A stretch of DNA of 64,000 bases from Firmicutes bacterium HGW-Firmicutes-15 (GTDB lineage Bacteria > Bacillota > Syntrophomonadia > Syntrophomonadales > Syntrophomonadaceae). Numbering within the stretch: position 1 is the first letter of the stretch; each line of letters starts with the position of its first letter. The notes under the pieces are model-generated. The model did not search any database and was not told the origin of the DNA. It saw only the letters and a list, made by a program, of their open reading frames with translations. The translations under genes were made by a program, and so were the position numbers. Below are positions 29,595 to 38,987 of this stretch, piece after piece. Location: positions 28,808 to 92,807 of the forward strand of contig PHAA01000015.1 in assembly GCA_002840245.1 (NCBI GenBank). The letters are read 5' to 3'.

Positions 29595-30374
29595 ATGAAT
29601 ATGAATGATTACCTGATAAAATTAGCTCAAAATGAAGATGAAAAACGCCTTATTGCTCGGCTGAATGAACTTGTACAAAAAGGTGTACATGGGATAGGTG
29701 GGAACAGTGATTTTTTGGATCTGCGCCAACAGGAACTGGCGCGAGCCGTGGCAGTCAATGAGTTAGCTATTGCTTGGCAGCTGAACGGGGGGTATGAGGA
29801 AGCCGAACGCAAACGATTGCTCGTACATCCTGAGTGGGAAGCGGAGCCCAATGCCAGATTAGTTTATCTGCGGATTAGCCATAAAGAATTTAAAGAGCAG
29901 TCTATAGGTCACCGTGATTATCTGGGGGCAGTTCTGAACCTGGGTATCAAAAGGGAAAAACTGGGCGATATTGTGGTTCAACATGGGGCAGCGTTTTTAA
30001 TCGCGGATATTGAACTGGCGGATTTTATTTGTCAGCAGTTAACGCGAGTCAAACATAGTAATGTAGTAGTAGATATAATGCCAGATGAAGCGTTTATTTT
30101 TGAGCCTCCTGAACCAAGAGCATTACAGTTAAACCTGGCTTCTTTGAGGTTGGATGCTGCTATTGCCGCTGTCTTTAATTTATCCAGATCGGACGTTAAT
30201 AGCTTTATCGAGGGTGGAAAAGCAAGGATTAACCAGATGGAGATTTACAAATGCTCCGCCCCGGTTAAGGCCGGCGATCTTATCTCGGTACGTGGTTTAG
30301 GCCGCTTTCGATTGGATGAGGTTGGGGGAATAACCCGTAAAGGGCGCTTCCGTGTGCTGGTTTATCGTAGTTAA
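29595..30374 (+). CDS. ylmH: YlmH-like RNA-binding protein with an S4 domain
   Basis: Colinear with B. subtilis YlmH as I recall it: DFLD.R.Q, GGYEEAERKR, HRDYLGAVLNLGIKREKLGDI, and the S4 domain LRLDAAIAAVFNLSRS...GDLISVRGLGRF. Confidence 0.8.
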   Translation: MNMNDYLIKLAQNEDEKRLIARLNELVQKGVHGIGGNSDFLDLRQQELARAVAVNELAIAWQLNGGYEEAERKRLLVHPEWEAEPNARLVYLRISHKEFKEQSIGHRDYLGAVLNLGIKREKLGDIVVQHGAAFLIADIELADFICQQLTRVKHSNVVVDIMPDEAFIFEPPEPRALQLNLASLRLDAAIAAVFNLSRSDVNSFIEGGKARINQMEIYKCSAPVKAGDLISVRGLGRFRLDEVGGITRKGRFRVLVYRS

Positions 30375-30565
30375 TCTCCTATAATTATATAGGGATAATA
30401 GAATTGCCCCGTTGACCTAAATGACAATGCTTACCCAGAGTCATTGCCAGGACTGTATTTTCAATACTGATAGCTATGTATTTATGAAAATATTTTGCAC
30501 CTACCCCCAAAAATGAACTTCCCTCTGCGCATATATAAGCAAGTAATAGAAAAGGAGGAAAGTTT

Positions 30566-32191
30566 ATGAAGAAAAGCCTGTTATTTATACTAGCTTTGTT
30601 GCTGGCAATGATGTTATCAACTGGTATCGTCTTGGCTAAATCTGATAATGGTAATGGAAACAGCAACAAAGACAAAACACTAACTAACACCGTGAAGCTG
30701 CAAATCAATAATCAGCTAAGTGAGCAGGTACAATCGCGTAGCGAAGGAAAAAACACAGAAAAGATTCGTATTCAAGAAAGAGTGAAAAAATCAGTTCAGG
30801 AGGCATTTAAGGCCTATCGTATTGAAAAGACCAGCCAGAATATCAGCCCTTTTTCTGATATTAACCAGCACTGGGCAACCCGATCTATTACGGATATGGC
30901 TGCTGTAGGACTTTTCAAGGGCTATCCTGATGGCACATTTAAGCCCAACCAAGAGTTAACCCAGGCTGAAGCTATGGCCCTTGTGATGCGTATTTACGAG
31001 GAGGACCCAGCTAAGCCATCTACCGACGATGAGGCCGCGCTTAATGAAGAAGATAATTTGGCTGATGTACCAGCATGGGCACGTGAAGATGCTGGTAAAG
31101 CCGCTAAAAAAGGCATCATCAAGTTAAATCGTTTTCATTCAGGAGTGCAGGCATCTCGGGCCCAAACTGCGGTCATGATTGCGAAAGCACTGGGCTTGGA
31201 GCCCGTTGACACTAGTAATATGCCCTTCAAAGATGGATTATTGATTTCCAAAGAAGATCTCGGTTACATTATGGCCTTATATCAGGAGGGAATTCTGACC
31301 GGCAGCCCCAATGGTAATTTCAACCCCAATAGTGCTATTACCCGGGCAGAGATGGCCAGCATGCTGCAAAATCTGCTCAATAAGTCAGAGGTAGAATCGG
31401 TAAGCCTGCCGGAAACAGCAACAGTGGAACAGGGTAAAACCATAACTCTAGAAGCTATTGTTAAATACGCCGACGGTAGTACTGATAAACAAGTAAGCTG
31501 GTTAAGCAGTGACATTACTTTAGCAACTGTGGAAAATGGTGTGATTACGGCGGCAGCTGATAAGACCGGTACCGTCACTATTACCGCCACTGCCACCCGT
31601 GGTGAATCCAGCAAGTCGGCAAGTTGCACAGTGACGATTGTCGAACAACAGCAGGTGATTACGGGCATACTAAAAGCTACAGGCAATGTGGGCAGTAATG
31701 ATGGTAAAGTATATGAGGAATATATTCTAGAGGTAGATGCCTCACCAATCAGTTTAGCTCAGGATAAGGTGAAATCTATAACTTTGCAGAAAGAGGGCTC
31801 TGATCTTATCCAGCTTAGTGCCAATACGGACAGTAGTTTGTGGTTTAACGTACAACGTGAATCTGGAAAGTACACCTTAAGCGTGATAGACACCAACGAC
31901 ATAAGCTATGTGGCTACTCTTGATTGGACCGCTCCTACTTCGGTAACTGCTGTTGCCACAGGTAATAGTAGAGTACAAGATGGCAATAGCTATGTTGAAT
32001 ATAAGTTGGGTGATCTTGACCTGTCTAGCTTTACCTGCATGCATCAGATAAAGCCTGATGCTCAGGTGGTCGGGCTTACCGTCAGCACCGATACCAACCT
32101 GTGGTTCCAGACGAATAGTCAGATTTCCGGAGAACATATCTTCCTGATCCAGAAAAGCGATGTCTGGTATTCCAGCATAATTAGCATTTAA
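30566..32191 (+). CDS. SLH-domain cell-wall protein with a Big_2 Ig-like domain
   Basis: Signal peptide, SLH repeats (FSDINQHWATRSI...GYPDGTFKPNQELTQAEA) and Big_2 (KQVSWLSSDITLATVENGVITAAADKTGTVTITATA). Confidence 0.85.
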   Translation: MKKSLLFILALLLAMMLSTGIVLAKSDNGNGNSNKDKTLTNTVKLQINNQLSEQVQSRSEGKNTEKIRIQERVKKSVQEAFKAYRIEKTSQNISPFSDINQHWATRSITDMAAVGLFKGYPDGTFKPNQELTQAEAMALVMRIYEEDPAKPSTDDEAALNEEDNLADVPAWAREDAGKAAKKGIIKLNRFHSGVQASRAQTAVMIAKALGLEPVDTSNMPFKDGLLISKEDLGYIMALYQEGILTGSPNGNFNPNSAITRAEMASMLQNLLNKSEVESVSLPETATVEQGKTITLEAIVKYADGSTDKQVSWLSSDITLATVENGVITAAADKTGTVTITATATRGESSKSASCTVTIVEQQQVITGILKATGNVGSNDGKVYEEYILEVDASPISLAQDKVKSITLQKEGSDLIQLSANTDSSLWFNVQRESGKYTLSVIDTNDISYVATLDWTAPTSVTAVATGNSRVQDGNSYVEYKLGDLDLSSFTCMHQIKPDAQVVGLTVSTDTNLWFQTNSQISGEHIFLIQKSDVWYSSIISI

Positions 32192-32200
32192 TCTTTCTTC

Positions 32201-32285
32201 CAGGCTGATGACAGGAGTGAAGATCAAGACATGAGAAGGCCCGTTCAATTGAACGGGCCTTTTGATATAACGCTGAGCGACGTCC
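32201..32285 (+). repeat. Mosaic repeat, copy D (short, collapsed form), containing a perfect 22-nt palindrome terminator
   Basis: aggctgatgacaggagtgaagatcaagacatgagaa almost matches copy B at 49567-49602. The core has collapsed to ggcccgttcaattgaacgggcc (32238-32259) followed by tttt. It lies between convergent genes. Confidence 0.65.
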
Positions 32286-32312
32286 AGGGATGGGCCATTT
32301 CCATTTAGACTT

Positions 32313-33254
32313 CTATTTCAAATTCTTATCGAGAAAATCCAGTACCTTATTTACATTTTCAGGACTGTTAAAGCGTTTACCACCATGCCCTGCTCCTTGT
32401 ATCACTTCAATTTCCACCTTATCCTTACCGAGTACTGCTTGAAGTTTTGCTGCAAATTCTGTTGATTGTTGCATAGGAATCCATTTATCTTCCGATCCCT
32501 GCTGAATAAAGAAAGGCGGGTCGTCTCGAGTAATATAGGTCTCCGGGTTTGCCATCGTCACCAGATCTGGGACCTGGGTGATTTGTTTTCCCATGAGCTT
32601 GGAGCCGAAGGAATCAGGATTATCCTGAAGATGTCCTGCGATTCCGCTTTGTTTAAACTGCTCATCCATAGTTAGAAAGTTAATGGGGCCGCACCAATCA
32701 ACTACTGCCTGCACCCTATCAGATTGAAACATATACCCTAAGCTTGGATCCTGTAATTCTATAATCTTTCCGGAAGTTCCGGCTAAAGCTGCCAGGCCGC
32801 CCCCGGCTGAGCTTCCCCATACGGCGATTTTTTCGGGGTTTAAGTCGTAATTGCGTGCATTGGCCCTGATGAAACGTATAGCCGCTTTTATGTCATTAAT
32901 TTGAGCAGGAAAGATCGCTTCTGAACTTAATCGATAGTTGACAGAGACAACAGCGTAACCCCGCTTAAGTCCCTCCCAGGCAGTTAGCACGTCGGGACCA
33001 ACTTTGTCACCTGCCTCATAGCCGCCCCCGTGAATCGATACTATTACCGGAAAGGGTCCCTTTACATCATTATGTGAATAAATATTAGGTAAATAAATGT
33101 CTAGCTTTTGGGCTGCTGAAGCATAAGCATATGGTACATCCAGCCATTTATATTGGTTGGGTGTTGTGCTCGTTTCATCCGATTCTGAGAGTGCTCCGGT
33201 TACAAGCACCAAGACTAGAATTAGTGCAATCATCGCTGCGAGCTGCTTCTTCAT
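32313..33254 (-). CDS. Secreted alpha/beta-hydrolase (esterase/lipase, HGGG type), paralog 1
   Basis: Signal/TM N-terminus, oxyanion motif SIHGGGY, nucleophile elbow GSSAGG, and a C-terminal GAGHGG. Confidence 0.8.
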   Translation of the reverse strand: MKKQLAAMIALILVLVLVTGALSESDETSTTPNQYKWLDVPYAYASAAQKLDIYLPNIYSHNDVKGPFPVIVSIHGGGYEAGDKVGPDVLTAWEGLKRGYAVVSVNYRLSSEAIFPAQINDIKAAIRFIRANARNYDLNPEKIAVWGSSAGGGLAALAGTSGKIIELQDPSLGYMFQSDRVQAVVDWCGPINFLTMDEQFKQSGIAGHLQDNPDSFGSKLMGKQITQVPDLVTMANPETYITRDDPPFFIQQGSEDKWIPMQQSTEFAAKLQAVLGKDKVEIEVIQGAGHGGKRFNSPENVNKVLDFLDKNLK

Positions 33255-33561
33255 AAAACGACCTCCAGTAATAGACCACGGTTTATATCACGTTAACTAT
33301 ATATGCACGACTTATTTATTTTAACATAGCAGGTGGGAAATAGGGTGACACATTTTTTATTTCATCCTGTGGTGCAATAAGATGTTGACAACCTATCTCA
33401 TTGAGCCACCACAATATATCATTTCGCTTAGATGGCCTCATTATTGGCTGTAATTCCATTAATTATTGGATTAGCACCGGTTAGGGGAATATAAAGGAAT
33501 ACACAACTATATGTCGAAAAACTGTACACATAATCTTATTCTGTGGGGAGTGGAAGTTATA

Positions 33562-35043
33562 ATGAATATTGCAATTATCGGCGGAGGTAATGGCGGTACA
33601 ACAATCTTAGGAGCATTTAATATAATTGAGGAGTTCAAGGTCATTGGCATATGTGATGTAAATCATGATGCTCCTGGTATGCAATTAGCCAGACAACTAG
33701 GAGTACCTGCCTTTCAGGATCTGGGTGAAATTATGCGGCAGCCAGGACTAGATCTAATTATAGAGGCTACTGGGAGTGAGCGGGTACGTGAGCAAGTTGC
33801 TAAGCTTAAGCCGGAAGCTGCTCTAATGGTGGATTCCCAGATAGCCAATGTGATGATGACTAGTATGGAGGGGCACCAAAAGGTACTTAATAGTGCACGC
33901 AGCAAGAAGGAAGCCTTCCGCACATCAGCCCCCTTCCTTACTCAGACCTACGGAATGGATGGGGTTTTGTATTTTACAACAAACACCGAATGCTATGATT
34001 TCGTGGAAAATAATAGATTAAGTATTGCTGGGATTCGGTTAGGAGAGCCCTTAGTGAAAGGTGGGATTATCGCCCGTTGCATAAGTACCCGTAAGGAGAT
34101 TTCGGAGACTGTGGATGCTAGTGTCTATGGAACTCGGCTCCAACTATGGGTGTTACCAATATTTGAAGATGACGATAAAAACAAGCCGGTGGTAGGAACC
34201 TACGGTGTGTACAAGCCGAAGCTACACCCTGTTGCTAAGGCATTTGATATCTTTGCTCCAATAATAATCGAGTCCCAACCTGAAGGGGCCTGGGTGGGGG
34301 TAACTGACCTTAAGACTATTCGCTACCGCATGGGGTCCGATAAGTTCGACTTGAAAGATGTTCAGGTAGGGTCACCATTGGCAGAGCGTGACACCGGGGC
34401 TCAATCGATTAGGGCAAAAAAGAAAGTGCAGAATGACATTACTACTAAGAAACATGGTAAAATCCGCATGATAGGCATTCCGCTGTTTGATGAGGAAACT
34501 GGTGACTTGGTAGGCAGCTTTGGCATTGCAGTGCCACGCAATCTGGCCAGCGACCTTCAGGATATGGCAGCCAGATTAAATACCAGTACCGGGGAGATGG
34601 CTAGCGTGATGCAGGAAATTGCTGCATCGGCAGGGGAAATCAATCTGACGGGAGAGAAATTGGCAGACCATATTAAGGCAGTACAAGAAAACGCAGCAAG
34701 CATTAATCAGATATTATCCTTCACCAGAAATGTGGCAGATCAAACGAAGATGTTGGGATTAAATGCAGCCATTGAGGCTGCTAGGGCAGGAGAGCATGGA
34801 CGTGGTTTTGGGGTGGTGGCAGAGGAGATAAGGAAGCTATCTGACGAATCGAAGCAGACAGCAGATCAGATAGGAAAACAAATACGGGAAATCGAACTCA
34901 AGGTGCGTGAGGCAGTTGTAGCTTCGGAGACTACTCTGAAGCAAAGTGAGGAGCAAGCAGCAGCGACTCAGCAAGTAACAGCTTCGGTGATGGATTTAGC
35001 ACAATTGGCAGATAAGTTGATAGAATTGGCACAAACTCTTTAG
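33562..35043 (+). CDS. Soluble methyl-accepting chemotaxis protein with an N-terminal Rossmann-like domain
   Basis: [14 protein letters not shown] dinucleotide-binding-like motif at the N-terminus. There is no TM segment. The C-terminal MCP signalling hairpin reads [30 protein letters not shown]. Confidence 0.8.
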   Translation: MNIAIIGGGNGGTTILGAFNIIEEFKVIGICDVNHDAPGMQLARQLGVPAFQDLGEIMRQPGLDLIIEATGSERVREQVAKLKPEAALMVDSQIANVMMTSMEGHQKVLNSARSKKEAFRTSAPFLTQTYGMDGVLYFTTNTECYDFVENNRLSIAGIRLGEPLVKGGIIARCISTRKEISETVDASVYGTRLQLWVLPIFEDDDKNKPVVGTYGVYKPKLHPVAKAFDIFAPIIIESQPEGAWVGVTDLKTIRYRMGSDKFDLKDVQVGSPLAERDTGAQSIRAKKKVQNDITTKKHGKIRMIGIPLFDEETGDLVGSFGIAVPRNLASDLQDMAARLNTSTGEMASVMQEIAASAGEINLTGEKLADHIKAVQENAASINQILSFTRNVADQTKMLGLNAAIEAARAGEHGRGFGVVAEEIRKLSDESKQTADQIGKQIREIELKVREAVVASETTLKQSEEQAAATQQVTASVMDLAQLADKLIELAQTL

Positions 35044-35120
35044 AATCTAATATGCGCTATAGCTGCTTGCATATCTCCGTTCAAAGAACAGGTTACCTGA
35101 GCGAAGGCTTCGAAGTAAGC

Positions 35121-36434
35121 TTATTTCGAAGCCTTTAAAAGGGCCAGCAGATCTGTCTTTTTATTCAGTGCTGGGTTGTCTACCACTTTATCCAGCAGGT
35201 ATTCTAAGGCTTCACCAATTTCTTTACCTGATTCGTAAAGGGCCATCAGGTCATAACCGTTAATATCCAGGTCATGAGTGGTAAGAGGCTCTCTGCGTGA
35301 CATTACTTCCCAGCACCTATTTCTGATTGCACTGATCCAGTTGATATCCCTGCCGGAACGTGCAGAACCTTTAATGTCAGCTAATTGTAACTCAAAGAGG
35401 TTGCAAATGTTATCAGGACCTACTCTGCGAATAAGCCTTTTTATACTTAGTTCGCTAGCATTCTCATATTGGTTCATATGTTCTTTTATGAGGGCACATA
35501 CTGCATTTAGGGTTTTCCTGTCAAAATTAAGTCTCGCTAGGACTTCTCTAGCAATCTGGCTGCTGCTGCTGGCATGGCCATAGCAGTGCCCTTCTCCCAA
35601 CTCATCGATAGTATGACAATTGGGTTTGTCAATATCATGAAACAGGGCGGCTAGTCTAAGACTCAGGTTAGGTTTGGTATGGTCCAGAACCATCATGGTA
35701 TGTGCAAAAACATCCTTGTCATGGAAGGAACTGCGAGTATCAAAACCAATGGTGGGAATGAGTTCGGGTATTATGTGCTTTAGCAGGCCCAATTCCAGAA
35801 GCCTCCTGATACTAATCGAGGGCTTATCAGTCAGCAGGATTTGAGTCAATTCATTACAGACTTTTTCGGAATTATTGAATGTGACTGTATCCTTCAAGGC
35901 TAGGATAACCTCCAGAAGGGAGTCATCAATTAAGAATCCCAGCTGAGCTTCGAACCGGATTGCCCTGAGGATTCTTACGCTGTCCTCGTTTAGCTTATCC
36001 ATCGTATTACCAGCACATTTTATTATTCGCTTATCGATATCGCCAACACCATCAAACGGGTCAATTATACCATCGCTTTCGTTGTACGCAATGGAGTTCA
36101 TGGTAAAATCGTTGTGTTTCAGTTCTTCGTTTATATTTTCGGAAAAGCGGTTTTCCCCGCCGGTTCGGAAAGTGCCTAATCGATAGCTTTCACCCTGGTA
36201 AATAAGTGATACGGTGCTGTAATCATGCACTGCCGGGATAGCAGAGAAGCCGTTCCGGTCATCGAACAGCAGGATATTTTCAGAAGGGAGAGCGTTAGTG
36301 GTTATTTCCCAGTTTATAGGTTTCAATCCCAGGAGGGAATCTCTAATACAGGCTCCGTATACGAAAGATTGGTACCCTTCGGTGTTTAGTATATCCAGTA
36401 TTAGCTTGACATTAGCCGGTATTTCTATTTTCAT
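35121..36434 (-). CDS. CCA-adding enzyme / poly(A) polymerase-family protein with an HD domain and degenerate nucleotidyltransferase motifs
   Basis: Family layout GACIRDSLLGLKPINWEITT...DFTMNSIAY...EDSVRILRAIRFEAQLGF...HTMMVLDH...LAALFHDIDKP. The canonical DxD after the GGxVRD motif reads N-W-E here. A GGAGGG RBS precedes the ATG at 36434. Confidence 0.75.
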   Translation of the reverse strand: MKIEIPANVKLILDILNTEGYQSFVYGACIRDSLLGLKPINWEITTNALPSENILLFDDRNGFSAIPAVHDYSTVSLIYQGESYRLGTFRTGGENRFSENINEELKHNDFTMNSIAYNESDGIIDPFDGVGDIDKRIIKCAGNTMDKLNEDSVRILRAIRFEAQLGFLIDDSLLEVILALKDTVTFNNSEKVCNELTQILLTDKPSISIRRLLELGLLKHIIPELIPTIGFDTRSSFHDKDVFAHTMMVLDHTKPNLSLRLAALFHDIDKPNCHTIDELGEGHCYGHASSSSQIAREVLARLNFDRKTLNAVCALIKEHMNQYENASELSIKRLIRRVGPDNICNLFELQLADIKGSARSGRDINWISAIRNRCWEVMSRREPLTTHDLDINGYDLMALYESGKEIGEALEYLLDKVVDNPALNKKTDLLALLKASK

Positions 36435-36493
36435 CTGTTTACCCTCCATCAGCTTCAATACTTCTTTGAGAGTATAATTTCGATAAAAATTTA

Positions 36494-37435
36494 TTATATC
36501 CTGCCGCTGTAGTTTAATTTTAAGGTCTTGTCCAGAAAGTCTAACACCTTATTAAGATTTCCAGGGTTGTTGAACGGTTGACCGCCATGTCCTACCCCGG
36601 GCATTATTTCAAGTTCCACCTTATCCTTACCAAGTACTGCCTCAAGTTTAGCTGCAAATTCTATGGATTGCTGCACCGGGACCCAGATATCTGTCGTTCC
36701 ATGTTGAATGAAAACAGGCGGGTCATCTGGGCTAATATAAGTTTCCGGGTTGGCCTTTCTCGCTAGATCGGGAACCTCGTTGACTTGTTTGCCTAAATAT
36801 TTGGAACCGTAGGAAGTAGGGGTATTGGTAGGATATCCTGCAACTCCGCTTGCTTTATACTGTTCATCCATAGTAAGTAAGTTCATAGGTCCGCACCAGT
36901 CAACCACTGCCTGCACTCGATCAGACTGATCCGAATTGCCCAGGGTTAAATCTTGCAGTTCCTTAACATCCCCGGAGGTACCGGCCAGAGCTGCCAGTGT
37001 TCCTCCGGCTGAGCTTCCCCATACGGCAATTTTATCAGGGTTTAGGTTATATTTGCTGGCATTGGCCTTGATAAAACGTATGGCAGCTTTTACATCAGCA
37101 ATCTGAGCTGGAAAAAGCGCTTCACCGCTTAATCTATAGTTAACAGAGACAACAGCGTATCCCCTCTCACGTCCTGCCCAAGCTGCCAGCGCGTCTGGAC
37201 CAACTTTATCTCCCGTACAATAACCTCCCCCGTGGATCGACACGATAACCGGATAAGGCCCTTTTATTTTATCTGGCAGATAGATATCTAGCTTTTGTGA
37301 TGCGGAAACATTTGCATAGGGGATATCGGTCCATTTATATAGGCTGGAATACACACTTCTATATGCTGGAGGTGCTATGGTTACAAGCACCACTAATACT
37401 AAAATGGCTATAATCCCTATAAGTGCCTTTTTCAC
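36494..37435 (-). CDS. Secreted alpha/beta-hydrolase (esterase/lipase), paralog 2
   Basis: Same length (313 aa) and colinear with 32313-33254. It shares SIHGGGY, GSSAGG and GVGHGG, and long stretches are identical. Confidence 0.8.
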   Translation of the reverse strand: MKKALIGIIAILVLVVLVTIAPPAYRSVYSSLYKWTDIPYANVSASQKLDIYLPDKIKGPYPVIVSIHGGGYCTGDKVGPDALAAWAGRERGYAVVSVNYRLSGEALFPAQIADVKAAIRFIKANASKYNLNPDKIAVWGSSAGGTLAALAGTSGDVKELQDLTLGNSDQSDRVQAVVDWCGPMNLLTMDEQYKASGVAGYPTNTPTSYGSKYLGKQVNEVPDLARKANPETYISPDDPPVFIQHGTTDIWVPVQQSIEFAAKLEAVLGKDKVELEIMPGVGHGGQPFNNPGNLNKVLDFLDKTLKLNYSGRI

Positions 37436-37545
37436 GAAAATACCTCCCTGATGTTGTGCACTATCTCCTTTGGTGAAAAAATGCCTCAGTTGTTACACCC
37501 GATTAATTAATTTTACAACAAATCTGTTCTAGAATCTCAAAAGGA

Positions 37546-38763
37546 TTACCCGGCTAGATTTTTATATTCTAAGCTTGAAGGTTCAGTTTGTTCGTCATTA
37601 AAAAGTGGTATTCCTGGAGAATGATCATAGGGATCATGACCTGTGAATAAATTTCCTAAAGGAATTCGTATTTTGCTTATTGCATAACAAGCCAACAAGC
37701 TTAATGCCGAGCAAGCTACAAATGATATCGTAATTTGACCAATTATACCCAGCCAATTCAAATACATTTTAGCAAATGCATCTATATATAACAGAGCAAA
37801 AGCGTGGATGAAATAACATCCAAAAGAATAACGTCCAAAGGTTTTTAATACTGTCATAATCGTTTGATTTTTCATAAATAACGTCTGCGATAAATAATAA
37901 ACCATTAATAATGAGGAAGTTATGAAAAATACCATAAAGTAATTCAAGGGTCCAGTAAACTGGTTATTTAGAATATAACTACCCGATGGATTAATATGGC
38001 TGGTTTTCATTAGCTGATAGAAGATAAAGCCAAAAGATAAAAGATATACAAAAATATTGGTTTTTAGTGAAGCTTTAAGAATAAACCGCAGTTTATCCAC
38101 ATATAACCCGGCGAAACCGCCCAGAATAAAGTAGAAAAACCAACTTATAAAAATTCTATCACGGTAAGCCAATAATGTCTTGAATATGGGTGACTGAATA
38201 CTATCCCATATTACAGGGACCTGATACCAGTATAAACCCAATAAGCAAATATGAAAAATAAAGCAAATGGATAAAGTGAATATATTCCGCATTTTATTTT
38301 TTGAAACTAGGATCTTAAATAGTGGAAACAACAAATAAAACTGTAAAATTGCTACCATAAACCATAGATGGTAGTAGCCTTCGCCCGATACAGTCAGTTT
38401 GGCTATTTTACCCGTGACGGAACCTAAATTGCTTGCCGGTACTCCACATATAAAGCTCACCCACACAAAGTATATGATAGTCCATATAAAATATGGGAGG
38501 AATATCTGCGTAAATCTTTTCTTGATAAAATCCCAATAATCCAAATCACCATCGCCATAATTATAGAATAATACTAGCCCGGTAATGAATATAAACATTG
38601 GTACGGCATATCTGACCAGTGTTAATAGAAAAGCTGCCAAGAGAGCAGGCCCCTTCGTGATACCGGGGCTATACATGAAGCTGGCTAGCGTATGTTGCAT
38701 AACTATTGCCAAAAAGGTTAGACCTCTTAAGATGTCAATTTCATCTATTCGTTTTTTAAGCAT
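37546..38763 (-). CDS. Acyltransferase-3 family membrane O-acyltransferase
   Basis: About ten TM helices and the N-terminal motif IDILRGLTFLAIVMQHT. A GGGGAGAGG RBS precedes the ATG at 38763. Confidence 0.8.
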   Translation of the reverse strand: MLKKRIDEIDILRGLTFLAIVMQHTLASFMYSPGITKGPALLAAFLLTLVRYAVPMFIFITGLVLFYNYGDGDLDYWDFIKKRFTQIFLPYFIWTIIYFVWVSFICGVPASNLGSVTGKIAKLTVSGEGYYHLWFMVAILQFYLLFPLFKILVSKNKMRNIFTLSICFIFHICLLGLYWYQVPVIWDSIQSPIFKTLLAYRDRIFISWFFYFILGGFAGLYVDKLRFILKASLKTNIFVYLLSFGFIFYQLMKTSHINPSGSYILNNQFTGPLNYFMVFFITSSLLMVYYLSQTLFMKNQTIMTVLKTFGRYSFGCYFIHAFALLYIDAFAKMYLNWLGIIGQITISFVACSALSLLACYAISKIRIPLGNLFTGHDPYDHSPGIPLFNDEQTEPSSLEYKNLAG

Positions 38764-38987
38764 TTTAACCTCTCCCCCGTAGACCATCCAAAACATAAAG
38801 ATACCTTTTTTTACATAAAAAATCAATATTCAGCATTTTATGATTTTAGATTATAATTAACATAATATTGCATTTCTTAACAGTTCATTCGACTTGGTTT
38901 GGATTGAAAGGGAGGTGCATCAGGAGATAATTGGCATTATCGAAGGTGCAATTCGAACGTCAAAGCAATTGGACGGGGGTTTAAGGA

